From: an uncultured Spirochaetota bacterium
GTDB lineage: Bacteria > Spirochaetota > Spirochaetia > SZUA-6 > Fen-1364
Length of the DNA: 64,000 bases
Assembly: GCA_963781885.1 (NCBI GenBank)
Contig: CAWAHW010000002.1
Location: 1,280,001-1,344,000, forward strand
Direction: 5' to 3'
Within the stretch, counting starts at the first letter, position 1; every line of letters begins with the position of its first letter. The position numbers and the translations under genes were made by a program. The notes beneath the pieces were generated by a model. It was not told the origin of the DNA. It searched no databases and was given only the letters and a program-made list of their open reading frames with translations. This document shows, piece by piece, positions 43,369 to 53,148 of this stretch.

Positions 43369-44960
43369 AAAGCATCCTCATCCTCGGCGCCGGCATCATG
43401 CAGGTGCCGGCAATCCGGATCGCGCGCGCAAAAGGGTGGCGGGCGATCGTCGCGGATGGGAATCCCGAGGCGCTGGCGGCGGGCATGGGCGATCGTTTCG
43501 AGCACGTCGACCTGAAGGACAAGGATCGCCTCCTCTCGATCGCACAGGGGCATGCCCGCGTGAGCGGTCTCGACGGGGTGTTCACGGCGGGAACCGATTT
43601 TTCCGCGTCCGTGGCGTGGGTGGCCGAGCACCTGGGTCTGCCGGGCATCTCGTATCAGACAGCCCTGCGCGCCACCGACAAGGTCCTCATGCGCGAAGCG
43701 TTCCTGGCCGCCGCCGTGCCCAGCCCGGCATTCGCCTGCTGGACGGGCGCCGGCGATCCGCTGGCCCAACTGCCTCCAGCTCTTCGCTATCCCCTGGTGG
43801 TCAAGCCCGTCGACAACATGGGGGCACGCGGCGTGCGGCGCGTTGACCGCGCCTCGGAGCTCCGCGCGGCGTGTGAGGCGGCCATGCCGCTCTCCCGCAC
43901 GGCGCGGGTCATTATCGAGGAATACATGGAGGGCCCCGAGCTCAGTCTCGATGCCGTGGTATACAAGGGGAAGGCGACGGTTTGCGGCGTCGCGGACAGG
44001 CACATTTACTTTCCGCCTCATTTCGTCGAAATGGGACACACGATGCCCACGGCGCTCGATGAAGCAACAACGGAAGCAATTGAAGCGGTATTCGTGGCGG
44101 GCATCCATGCGTTGGGCATCGACAATGGCGCGGCAAAGGGAGACATCAAGCTCACCCCGTCCGGCCCGATGGTGGGAGAGATCGCGGCGCGCCTTTCCGG
44201 CGGCTACATGTCGGGCTGGACATTCCCCCTCGCGTCGGGCGTGGAAGTGACCGAGGCGGCTTTGAACGTCGCGGTCGGCCTTCCGCCGGGAGACCTCTCG
44301 CCGACGCGTCATCGCGTCACCGCGGAAAGGGCGCTCATTTCCATGCCGGGGGTCGTCGCGCGGATCGAAGGCGTGGAGGAAGCCCGTCGGCTGCCCGGCG
44401 TCGCGGAGATATTCCTTCGCGCCTTGCCGGGAGATACCGTCAAGTTCCCGACAAACAACGTGGAAAAATGCGGAAACGTCATCGCGGTCGCCGACACGCG
44501 CGCGGAGTCCGTGGCCGCGGCGGAGCGGGCGCTTTCCACGATGCGCATCAGGCTGCGGCCCCTGGTGGACGTCACAACGCGATACCTCGCGGCAGAATTC
44601 GCCCATGACGCATTTGCGCAGGCCCCCGGATGGCTTCGGGATGCGATTGGGTCGATGCCATCGTTCATCGGCGACATGTCGCTCCAGGACCCGGGAACAC
44701 CGGTCGCCATCCTGAATATCGCGGGCATCGACGACGCGGGAATCGCCGACTGGTATGGCTCGTCATTCGCCGGAGCGGCAAGGCAGGCATGCAAGGACTC
44801 AGGCGGGCTGATGGTCGAGTCAGCCGTTGGCGTGCCATTCGCCCTTGCCGGCATTTTCTGGCGCGCAGTCCTGCGGGGCGGTAGTCAGGCCGGGACCTAC
44901 GTGCTGGATTCCGTGAAAGAGGCGCGGCGATCGGGGCGGACCCGGGAGTTTCCTGGCTGA
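43365..44960 (+). CDS. ATP-grasp domain protein
   Basis: DKVLMR, VVKPVDNMGARGV, EEYMEGPE, EIAARLSGG. Confidence 0.88.
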   Translation: MKSILILGAGIMQVPAIRIARAKGWRAIVADGNPEALAAGMGDRFEHVDLKDKDRLLSIAQGHARVSGLDGVFTAGTDFSASVAWVAEHLGLPGISYQTALRATDKVLMREAFLAAAVPSPAFACWTGAGDPLAQLPPALRYPLVVKPVDNMGARGVRRVDRASELRAACEAAMPLSRTARVIIEEYMEGPELSLDAVVYKGKATVCGVADRHIYFPPHFVEMGHTMPTALDEATTEAIEAVFVAGIHALGIDNGAAKGDIKLTPSGPMVGEIAARLSGGYMSGWTFPLASGVEVTEAALNVAVGLPPGDLSPTRHRVTAERALISMPGVVARIEGVEEARRLPGVAEIFLRALPGDTVKFPTNNVEKCGNVIAVADTRAESVAAAERALSTMRIRLRPLVDVTTRYLAAEFAHDAFAQAPGWLRDAIGSMPSFIGDMSLQDPGTPVAILNIAGIDDAGIADWYGSSFAGAARQACKDSGGLMVESAVGVPFALAGIFWRAVLRGGSQAGTYVLDSVKEARRSGRTREFPG

Positions 44961-46010
44961 ATGAAGGCTGCAGGAACCATGGTGCTCGTCCTCGTGGCGC
45001 TGCTTGGCGCCGCCAGGGCATGTGCCTCCCAGGAAAAAAATCTCCTCTCCGTGGTGAAGGACCTCGGCGCCGTGCTCGAATGGGACCCCCTTCGCGACAC
45101 GGGCGTCATCGCTGTGGGCGACGATCGGATCGCAATCGGCATCGGTTCCGACAGCGCCCTCATCAATTACCGGCTGAAGGTGCAGATCGATCCGCCGTCC
45201 CGCAGGGACGGCGCGGTGTGGCTCTCCACCTCCGCTGTGTCCGCAATCGGCGATGCCGTGCAGAAGGACCGTCTGAGCCACGCGGGCGAGCAGATGCGCG
45301 TGGCCTACATCCTCATCGACCCGGGCCATGGCGGGATGGACAGCGGCAGCGTCGGCGGCTACACCGAGGGAAAGAAGAAGATCACGGTGGAGGAGAAGGA
45401 CGTCACGCTGCGCGTCGGGCGGCTCCTGGGCGATCTCCTGAAGGCGGCGTACCCGGACAAACAGATCGTCTTCACGCGCGAAAGCGACGTCTACGTGAGC
45501 CTGGAGAAGCGCGTGGAGATCGCCAACGCCCTGCTCGACAAGACTGGCGACACGGTGCTTTTCCTCTCCGTCCACGCGAATGCCACGCCCTTCAGCAAGA
45601 CGGCGTCAGGGTACGAGGTGTGGTGCCTGCCCCCTGAATACACGCGCACGCTCGTGGATGAAAAGACAACGGGCAGGGAGAACGCCGATATCGCCGCCAT
45701 CCTCAACAGCATGCGGGAGGAGGAGATATCGATGGAGAGCAACCTGCTTGCGCGCGAGATCCTCGCCGGCCTGGATGGCGCCGTCGGTGCGCGCAGCGGG
45801 AACAGGGGCATGCGGCTCATGGACTGGTACGTCGTGCGCAACGCGCGCATGCCCGCGGTCCTGACGGAGGTCGGCTTCGTCTCCAACGAAGAAGAGGCGG
45901 CGCGGCTTGCCGACGAGGCGTACTTGAAAGAGGTGGCCGCGGGCATATACTCTGGCGTCAGCGCGTTCATCGGACAATTCGAACGCAACGGGAGTAGCGG
46001 TGCTCGATAG
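44961..46010 (+). CDS. N-acetylmuramoyl-L-alanine amidase (Amidase_3)
   Basis: IDPGHGG, EKDVTL, SVHAN, PAVLTEVGFVSN. Confidence 0.92.
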   Translation: MKAAGTMVLVLVALLGAARACASQEKNLLSVVKDLGAVLEWDPLRDTGVIAVGDDRIAIGIGSDSALINYRLKVQIDPPSRRDGAVWLSTSAVSAIGDAVQKDRLSHAGEQMRVAYILIDPGHGGMDSGSVGGYTEGKKKITVEEKDVTLRVGRLLGDLLKAAYPDKQIVFTRESDVYVSLEKRVEIANALLDKTGDTVLFLSVHANATPFSKTASGYEVWCLPPEYTRTLVDEKTTGRENADIAAILNSMREEEISMESNLLAREILAGLDGAVGARSGNRGMRLMDWYVVRNARMPAVLTEVGFVSNEEEAARLADEAYLKEVAAGIYSGVSAFIGQFERNGSSGAR

Positions 46011-46503
46011 GCTGGATTTTCTGCTGCGCCTGCGGCTGAGAAAGGCGCCCGCGATCTGCGGGGCCGCTTTCCTGGGCGCGCTCGTTCTTTCCCTCGTTCT
46101 CTTCCTTTTCCTCGGCAACGGCCGGGTGGAACGGACGCTTTTCTTTCCGTCCCTCGCGGGGCGACGCATCGTCGCCGAGCAACGTTTCGTTCCGCGGCAG
46201 GGCTCCCTGGAAAAGGACGTGCAGGAGGTCGCCGAAGGCGTCCTGCTAGGACCGGCCCGACCGGACGCGCAGCGACTCTTCCCGCGCGGCGTGACGGTGC
46301 TCGCCGTCATGGCAAGCAGTAGAACGCTGTACGTCGATCTGTCTCCGGCGCTGCTCGCGCCGGACCCGGAGATTCCCCTGACGGGCCGCGCGGCCCTCGA
46401 TGCCCTCGCGCGTTCCATTCGTTTCAACTTTCCGCGCTTTTCGCAGGTGATTTTTTTCATTGATGGGCAGTCGCCGCGCTTCCCGGGAAATAAAAAGATT
46501 TGA
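46000..46503 (+). CDS. GerMN-like membrane-anchored protein
   Basis: TM helix, LLGP...LFP, YVDLS, V.FFIDG. Confidence 0.65.
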   Translation: MLDRLDFLLRLRLRKAPAICGAAFLGALVLSLVLFLFLGNGRVERTLFFPSLAGRRIVAEQRFVPRQGSLEKDVQEVAEGVLLGPARPDAQRLFPRGVTVLAVMASSRTLYVDLSPALLAPDPEIPLTGRAALDALARSIRFNFPRFSQVIFFIDGQSPRFPGNKKI

Positions 46504-46527
46504 CAAAGGGCACTCCGTTGCTATAAT
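46500..46527 (+). promoter_or_regulatory. Consensus sigma70 promoter of flaA
   Basis: TTGACA-16 bp-TATAAT with TGn extended -10; AAGGAG RBS before ATG 46573. Confidence 0.85.
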
Positions 46528-46572
46528 TGGGGTGTAACTCCGAATGGGAACCAGCAGCGAAAGGAGTATCGC

Positions 46573-47598
46573 ATGAAACGGCTGTTCGTTATTGTATTCG
46601 TTGGGCTTCTCCTCGGCGGAACAGCGGGGCTTTTTGCCGATGAATCCGTGCTCATCGATTTCACAAAGCTTGGTGCCGATCAGACCCTGGGAACGAACAA
46701 GACCCCCACGGAAAACGCGGCAACGCTCGTGGACTACAGCGCCGTCGCCGGCGCGTCGTTCACCGACGAGGAAAAGGCCGCAATGAAGTCGTCCCTCGCC
46801 CTGAGCAACTGGCAGGTGACCCTGGCCTCCTCGGCCCGGTCCATCGTCAATCAGAGCGTCACCATGACAAAGGAAGCGGCCACCTCTCCCACGGCCAAAC
46901 AGTTCAACGGCCAGGACATGGCGAACAAAAAGATCCTGGGCGTGCGGATCCATTTCCCCGTGGAGTCGTTCAACTCGTGGGCGATCATCCAGCCGCCCTT
47001 CGATATTCCCGCCTACGCGGACAAGGACAGCCTGCAGGGAGCCACCATGCAGGTGGCTGACGCTGACAAGGGCAAGGGTGAGAAGTTCAACGGCTACGGC
47101 GTCGTGAAGAACGTCGGCGTGCTGAAGAGCCTCTCCATCACCGTCTACGGGGCGAACTTCCCGAACGGGCTCGGCGTGGTTGTCGCCGATCAGGACGGCA
47201 ACGAGCAGACGTTGTTCATGGACTACCTCCAGTTCGACGGCTGGCGTACGCTCACATGGAACAACCCGAATTACATCACCGACGTGCGCAACCGCGAGCT
47301 GCGGAAATATCCCCTGTATCCCAAGGGCGAGCCGTACCTGAAGCTCATCGGCATCGTCATCTATCGCGACGCGGCCCAGGAAGGCGGCGACTTCGTCACC
47401 TACATCCGTGACATCTCGGTCACCTACGACAAGGCCATCATCGAGACGCAGCGCGACATCAACGACGAGGCAATCTGGGGCATCCTCCAGCAGCGCAACG
47501 AGGCAAGGCGTCTGGCCGAGCTCAAGAGGCTGGGAAATGTCCAGGTCCTTCGGTTCCTCGAACAGCAGAAGATGGACGCCACGAAGCCGGCGCAGTAA
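46573..47598 (+). CDS. flaA: Flagellar filament outer-layer (sheath) protein FlaA
   Basis: Signal peptide, LIDFTKL, W.V.LASS, LGVRIHFP, FDGWRTLTWNNPNYI, YDKA. Confidence 0.92.
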   Translation: MKRLFVIVFVGLLLGGTAGLFADESVLIDFTKLGADQTLGTNKTPTENAATLVDYSAVAGASFTDEEKAAMKSSLALSNWQVTLASSARSIVNQSVTMTKEAATSPTAKQFNGQDMANKKILGVRIHFPVESFNSWAIIQPPFDIPAYADKDSLQGATMQVADADKGKGEKFNGYGVVKNVGVLKSLSITVYGANFPNGLGVVVADQDGNEQTLFMDYLQFDGWRTLTWNNPNYITDVRNRELRKYPLYPKGEPYLKLIGIVIYRDAAQEGGDFVTYIRDISVTYDKAIIETQRDINDEAIWGILQQRNEARRLAELKRLGNVQVLRFLEQQKMDATKPAQ

Positions 47599-47626
47599 CT
47601 CAAGATACTCACCTGGTTTAACATAC

Positions 47627-47655
47627 GAGGGCTCCCGAAAGGGGGCCCTCTTTCT
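47627..47655 (+). terminator. Intrinsic terminator after flaA
   Basis: GAGGGCTCCC-GAAA-GGGGGCCCTC followed by TTTCT. Confidence 0.8.
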
Positions 47656-47842
47656 ATGCCGGGGCACAAGCCGCCCGGCCGCGATCCGGACCCGTGCGCA
47701 CTGCGGCGGGCGCGCGCGAGGGAAAGGCGCAGACATGAGCGCTCGCCGCAGTCCTTGTCGGGGCGTCCGCTGCGCGCACCTCTGCATGCCACAAGCGCCG
47801 TGAGATGAGGCCGCGCGGGTGTTGGCCGATTGGGTTCGTGCC

Positions 47843-48733
47843 CTACAGCATCCGGGAAAGCACGGGAATCGTATCGAGGTTGATCTTCACTCCCGCGTAG
47901 GACCGGAAGAGGAAATCAGAGGCGCTGCCCTCCAGGGTGCCCAGACCGAAGGAATACACATTTCCATCCAGACCCGCGTGAAGGGACATCGAACCGGGAA
48001 GGGAAACGGTAACCTCGAGGCCGATCACGAAAGAATTGAGCGTTGCCGTCGTGGTCGTCGCGGCGATAAAGGCCCGGGAGAGATTCTGGTAGGAAAAGGA
48101 AAAGAGCAGGCGATAGGGGACATTCTTCTGGTATATGTCCGTGAGAAGCCCATATTCCGTCAGGCTGTCCACCACGTCATTTGCCGCCGCCTTCTGCTCG
48201 AATGAGCGGGAATTGATGAAGACGCTGCAGATGACGTTCGGCAGGTAGACGCCGAACGAGATGTCGTTGCGGTATTGGAGGTAATCCCCTACCTGCACGA
48301 GCTGGCCGCCAATCGAGCTGTCGGATCGAAATGAAATGAATGCAATGCCGGGCAGCTCGAGGCGCACCGCCGTGGAGATGCCGGACTTCAGGAGCGTGGT
48401 CGTGTCGTTGAAAAAACCGAAAAACGGTCCGATTCCGACGCTCAGGATTTTTGCATTGTAAGAGAACAGCGTGTACGAGGTGTTCCGCAGAATCGGGTCG
48501 GCATAGAAGCCCGTTTCCAGGCTGATGGAATCCGAAAGCGCCTGCGTGCCATACAGGGAAAGGCCCCAGAAATAGTTCGCGCCGGGCATGGTCGTGTCCG
48601 TAATGGCCCTGTCCGTGCTGAAGCCGAGGTTGCCCGCCCAACCCTCGATGCCCAGATCGAGGCTGAATGCCGCCGCCGCGAGCGATGCAAAGAGGAGGCA
48701 GAGAAGCGCCGTCTTCATGCCGTTCTTCCGCAT
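47843..48733 (-). CDS. Exported hypothetical protein, probable outer-membrane beta-barrel
   Basis: Signal peptide, alternating beta-strand pattern rich in Gly and aromatics. Confidence 0.65.
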   Translation of the reverse strand: MRKNGMKTALLCLLFASLAAAAFSLDLGIEGWAGNLGFSTDRAITDTTMPGANYFWGLSLYGTQALSDSISLETGFYADPILRNTSYTLFSYNAKILSVGIGPFFGFFNDTTTLLKSGISTAVRLELPGIAFISFRSDSSIGGQLVQVGDYLQYRNDISFGVYLPNVICSVFINSRSFEQKAAANDVVDSLTEYGLLTDIYQKNVPYRLLFSFSYQNLSRAFIAATTTTATLNSFVIGLEVTVSLPGSMSLHAGLDGNVYSFGLGTLEGSASDFLFRSYAGVKINLDTIPVLSRML

Positions 48734-48734
48734 G

Positions 48735-49877
48735 CTAGAACGCCGCGCGGACGCCGACAAAAGCGTCGAACAACTGGGTGATGTCCCACGGCCACAGCCG
48801 CGCATCCAGCTTCAGCGTCCAGAAAACGCCGGGCGTGCTGAATGCAATCCACGGTGAAGCCTTGACGGTGATTGCCTCCGCCGGTGTCGACGACGTGTAG
48901 CGAAGATTGCCTTCCATGCCGCCCTCGAATGAGCTGCGCGCGAGATCTCCGAGTGTGAAATTGAGATTCACGTCAAAGGAGCCCAGTTCGTCGGGATAGG
49001 CCTGCTGCTCGTAGTAGCCCGGATGCCAAAAGAAGGTCGGCACGATGGAGAGGAGGCCGAGGTGGAGCCGGGGCTCGACCAGCAGATAGAAGAGATTGAT
49101 GGTCGGCGTGGCATCGAGCAGGGGGTTCCACACGGGTATCCCGATCTGGGACAGAAACTCCACGTTGCGGTTGCTTGCGTAAAAGAGCAGACCGCCGCGG
49201 TAGGCAAAAGAGTTGCTCGCGATGAGGTATGTGCTGCCGACGAATCCTTCGAGCTTTATGGCGGGGAAATTGAGGAGGAAGCGGAAATCGCCTGAATAAT
49301 TGGACAGGGTGGCGAAGGCATCGTGCGTGTCCTCGTAGACGTAGAGGTCCATGCTCAAGGTCTCAACCCGGGGGATGAACTGCAGATGGGCGCCGGTCCC
49401 GTGGACCTGGTAGATCCCGTCATACAACGGGCCCGCGGGATAATTCGAGAAATAGAGGAATCCGCGGTACGATGTCATGATGGGTGCGGCCCCGAATTGG
49501 GCAAAACCGTCACCGGACCCGAAGGTGTCGTTTTTTCCGACAAAATAGGAAAGGTTGAGCGGCAGAGAGAAAAGGTTGCGGATATCGATGCTCGCGGAGA
49601 AGAAATCGCGGCTCAACGCCGTCCCGGTGAGGTTGAAATCCTCCAAGTCGGGATTGAGGATCTGGAAGGAAAGATTACCGCCGAACTTATAGCCGCCCTG
49701 GATCTGCAGGGCAATGTTGCCGAATGTCTGCAGCGCGAATCCACCATTCTCGTACAGGCCGTGCGTGATGAGCTCCATGGAGGGAACCACGACGTCGGCG
49801 GCGAAAAGCGAAGGCGCGAGGACCAGGAAAAACCCGAGGAATGCGGCGGCGATCGTCAAACGGGGACTTTTCATCAT
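48735..49877 (-). CDS. Exported hypothetical protein, probable outer-membrane beta-barrel
   Basis: Signal peptide, beta-strand pattern, C-terminal Phe (VGVRAAF). Confidence 0.68.
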   Translation of the reverse strand: MMKSPRLTIAAAFLGFFLVLAPSLFAADVVVPSMELITHGLYENGGFALQTFGNIALQIQGGYKFGGNLSFQILNPDLEDFNLTGTALSRDFFSASIDIRNLFSLPLNLSYFVGKNDTFGSGDGFAQFGAAPIMTSYRGFLYFSNYPAGPLYDGIYQVHGTGAHLQFIPRVETLSMDLYVYEDTHDAFATLSNYSGDFRFLLNFPAIKLEGFVGSTYLIASNSFAYRGGLLFYASNRNVEFLSQIGIPVWNPLLDATPTINLFYLLVEPRLHLGLLSIVPTFFWHPGYYEQQAYPDELGSFDVNLNFTLGDLARSSFEGGMEGNLRYTSSTPAEAITVKASPWIAFSTPGVFWTLKLDARLWPWDITQLFDAFVGVRAAF

Positions 49878-49906
49878 TCCTGCGTCCTCCTGCTGTCGCA
49901 TTTATA

Positions 49907-50621
49907 TCACGACGAGATACTTTTGAAAATATAGCGCTCCAGCGCCTTCTTATCCGTCGGCGAAAGGATTTCAAAACGCACGGCGAGCACTTTCATTTTG
50001 TACATGACGACCGTCGAAGACGGGGCGATCTCTTTGCCCGCTATCGATATCTCCATGCCCGTGAGCGTCATGCCCGGAGCCAGGGAAAGAGCGGCCGGCA
50101 GATTGAACAACTCTGCCGCCATTCCACCCAGGGAGATGTCGACGACCCTGCCCGGCGACCAGAGCCGACGACGGCGGGACGCGGAAGCTCACGCGGGCAA
50201 GCTCCTGCGGATCGGGCTTTATGCGGATGTGCTTGCGCTGGCTGTTGTGAGTGGCGAGCTTCGAGAATATCGCGGCAAGCTTCGTCTTGGCGGATTCGGG
50301 GCTGAAAGGCTTCAGGAGATAGCCGGCGACCCCCAGGTCCACCATGCGCATCACGATTTCCTTGCTGGTCTGGATCGTGTGCACGATGACCGACATTTTC
50401 CGCGGCTGCGCGCTTTCCGTGAGCTCCGTGACGAGCTGGATGCCTTCGACGTCCTTGTTGTCGATGTCCACGATGGCCCCATCGATGGGATCGCCCCGGT
50501 CCAGCACGAGACGCGCGGCCTCCCGGTTCTCCACGGGAACCCCCTTGATCCCGAACGACAGCAGGACATAGCAGAGCGACTCGCGGACCTCGAGCGAGCT
50601 CTCGACCACCAGAAAGTTCAC
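49907..50621 (-). CDS. Receiver domain + PilZ domain protein, frameshifted near 50152
   Basis: AIVDID, YLLKPF receiver motifs; RKHIR and (shifted frame) DISLGG PilZ motifs; GGAGG 5 nt before GTG 50621. Confidence 0.78.
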
Positions 50622-50795
50622 GCGCACCTCCGGTTCGCCGACGAAGTGTACACGGGAAGCCAAAGGCGGTCAACGCGCGCGGCCACGGTATTCAGCATTG
50701 GCGCGGCGCGGCATTTTTCAGCCGGTCATATCGCCGCCGGTGGCGTCTTGACTTCCTGGGGCATCGACATACACTTCCCTGGGAGATCCGAAAAA

Positions 50796-51215
50796 GTGTG
50801 GATCAGGAGTTTTCGGGCAACCTGGCTCGTCGCGCGCTGTGGAGGCGCCGTCCTTCTCTGTGCGACCCTGTTCGCCTGCGGCTCCCTGCGTTACGTACGG
50901 ACGGAAAATGTCGCCGGCAGCGTTTTTGTCGATCGGCTCGTCCTCGACGGGCCATCTTTCCGCCTTGAGCGCATGTCGGATGAGGGCAGGATTGTCTACA
51001 TCGGGCGCTATGCGGTCGATGGCGACCAGTGGACCTTTCAGATTACCTCCTGGCGCTCTGATGCCGGGCAATCACACCGGATCGATCCGCCGCTTCTCTT
51101 TGTCTGCCGGGGAAAAAGCTTTGACAACGGAGTGGCGTTTTTCGACACCCCCTCCGGGTCAACGGACATGGATGCATTCCTCGACCTGCCGTCCGATTTC
51201 GACCTGCAGCCGTAG
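50796..51215 (+). CDS. Hypothetical lipoprotein
   Basis: LFAC lipobox; TTGACT-16 bp-TACACT upstream at 50748-50775. Confidence 0.55.
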   Translation: MWIRSFRATWLVARCGGAVLLCATLFACGSLRYVRTENVAGSVFVDRLVLDGPSFRLERMSDEGRIVYIGRYAVDGDQWTFQITSWRSDAGQSHRIDPPLLFVCRGKSFDNGVAFFDTPSGSTDMDAFLDLPSDFDLQP

Positions 51216-51220
51216 CGCGC

Positions 51221-51250
51221 TTGACACGAGCGATGCGGCCTGGCTACAGT
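51221..51250 (+). promoter_or_regulatory. Putative sigma70 promoter of tRNA-Val
   Basis: TTGACA-18 bp-TACAGT just upstream of the tRNA. Confidence 0.6.
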
Positions 51251-51259
51251 CCAGCGCAG

Positions 51260-51334
51260 GGGCGGCTAGCTCAGTTTGGTTAGAGCACCAGCTCGACACG
51301 CTGGGGGTCACTGGTTCGAGTCCAGTGCCGCCCA
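51260..51334 (+). tRNA. tRNA-Val(GAC); CCA not encoded
   Basis: Acceptor GGGCGGC/GCCGCCC, D arm GCTC/GAGC, anticodon arm CCAGC-TCGACAC-GCTGG, T arm ACTGG-TTCGAGT-CCAGT. Confidence 0.95.
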
Positions 51335-51488
51335 TAGGCATGGAGGGACCGCGCGAGTCCCTTCAACGTGTTCCATAGCTCCGATATGCGCGAACGCGAA
51401 ACGACTTCCACTCCTAAAAAGCGGGGGTAGAGCTTTCATCGTCGAGCGGCGTCAACAGGCTCGGGGCGTGCCGCGGAGGAGTGCGGGA

Positions 51489-52136
51489 ATGGCGGACAAG
51501 GTTCCTCAAAGCGCGCGTATTGCCGACGGCTTCTCTCTCATCAGTTTCGGTTTTGTCGCCATGTACGTTTTCGATGCCGGCGACTGTCTCATTGCCTTCG
51601 ACACAGGAATGCGCGCGGGCACTCTTCTCGCCGAGTTCGCGAAGCTGGGCCTCGACCCGTCGCGGGTACGCCATGTCTTCCTCACGCATTCGGACATGGA
51701 TCATACCGGAGGCCTCCGTGCCTTTCCCGGCGCACAGGTATATCTCAGCCGGGACGAGCTTCCCATGGTGACGCGCGCGAAGCCGCGCTTCTTCAGCTTC
51801 GTCTTCAACAAACGCCTTGCGGCGGGGTACCAGACCCTGGGCGACGGAGAAGAGCGGCGCATCGGGAATGCCCGCATTCGCTGCCTGATGACGCCGGGGC
51901 ATACGCCGGGCTCGATGTCTTTTCTCATCAACAAAAAGATGCTGATCGTCGGTGACATCTTGAATCTGGACAAGGGAAAGGCAGTCATGGACCGGCCCAG
52001 GATCAACATGAACCACGTCCAGCGCAAGGCATCGATAGAAAAAATTGCGCGCGTGACCGGCGTCGACCTGCTGTGCACGATGCACAGCGGCTATACCGGC
52101 GATTTCGCCGCAGCCATGAAGGACTGGCAGACATAG
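51489..52136 (+). CDS. MBL-fold metallo-hydrolase
   Basis: DTG, THSDMDH, TPGHTPGS, GD, terminal H. Confidence 0.88.
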   Translation: MADKVPQSARIADGFSLISFGFVAMYVFDAGDCLIAFDTGMRAGTLLAEFAKLGLDPSRVRHVFLTHSDMDHTGGLRAFPGAQVYLSRDELPMVTRAKPRFFSFVFNKRLAAGYQTLGDGEERRIGNARIRCLMTPGHTPGSMSFLINKKMLIVGDILNLDKGKAVMDRPRINMNHVQRKASIEKIARVTGVDLLCTMHSGYTGDFAAAMKDWQT

Positions 52137-52199
52137 CCCCTGTCAGGCGCGGCGCGTGGAAAAGAGATCCGTGGGAAAGTCGCTTCACGGCGATGCGGA

Positions 52200-52228
52200 T
52201 TGACCATTGATGGCATTCCCTGTAGCTT
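52200..52228 (+). promoter_or_regulatory. Putative sigma70 promoter of the eetA/eetB-like genes
   Basis: TTGACC-17 bp-TAGCTT. Confidence 0.45.
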
Positions 52229-52258
52229 CTTGGCGTTGACGTGCTCTTTCGGACCCGC

Positions 52259-52624
52259 ATGAAGCTCAGGATTCTCGATTACATCGCGATTGCCCTCTGT
52301 CTGCTGGTTATCGGTGGATTCTCTCTGTATGCCTACGCCGGAAGGAGCAGCGGGGGAGACGTCGTCATAGAGGCGTCCGGCTCGCAGTGGATTTATCCCC
52401 TGTCGACGGACAGACGGGAGGCGATCAAGGGCCCCCTGGGCGATACGATCGTCGTCATCAAGGCGGGCAAGGCGTTCGTTGAAGACTCCCCCTGTCCCGA
52501 CAAGCTGTGCGTGCACATGCCGGCAATCTCGAAGCCGGGGCAATGGATCGCCTGCCTGCCGAATCGAGTCTTCGTTCGCGTCCGGGGTTCCAGTGGCCAG
52601 GAAATCGACGATCTCTCTTACTAA
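52259..52624 (+). CDS. NusG domain II-like (DUF1312) membrane-anchored protein, EetA-like
   Basis: TM helix, GPLG, SPCPDKLCV, IACLPNRV. Confidence 0.85.
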   Translation: MKLRILDYIAIALCLLVIGGFSLYAYAGRSSGGDVVIEASGSQWIYPLSTDRREAIKGPLGDTIVVIKAGKAFVEDSPCPDKLCVHMPAISKPGQWIACLPNRVFVRVRGSSGQEIDDLSY

Positions 52625-53148
52625 CCGGTTGGATCTCGTTGCCTTCATGGGGGCGATCTGTCTTTTTCTCTCCGCGATCGAATACATGATACCCAAGCCG
52701 ATCCCTTTCCTGCGGGTCGGCATCGCGAATGTGCCGATCCTCCTCTGTCTTGACATCCTGCCCGGTGCCGCTCCTGCTCCTCGTGGTGGTTCTCAAGGTG
52801 ATCGGCCAGGGGCTGATCGGCGGCACGCTCATCTCCTACGTGTTCCTGTTTTCCGCGGTCGGCTCATTTGCAAGCGCGCTCTCCATGCTCCTGTTCCGTC
52901 GGCTCTTTTCCACGCGCATCACCCTGGTCGGCGTGGGTGTGCTCGGCGCGCTCTTCAGCAACATCACGCAGATCCTGCTCGCGCGTGTCCTGATATTCGG
53001 GGAAGGCGCGTGGCTCATCGCGCCGCCCTTCCTTGCGCTGGGGACGGTCACGGCGACCCTCCTGGGTTTTTTTGCAGAGAGGTTCGCCGCCCGCTCCCGC
53101 TGGCTCGTCTCGGTGCGGAGCAGGGTCGCCGCTTCGAAGGCATCGTAA
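52593..53148 (+). CDS. Gx-transporter/heptaprenyl diphosphate synthase component I family membrane protein, EetB-like; frameshifted near 52762
   Basis: LSAIEYMIPKP.PFLRVGIAN, then GVGVLGALFSNITQ in the shifted frame. Confidence 0.82.
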
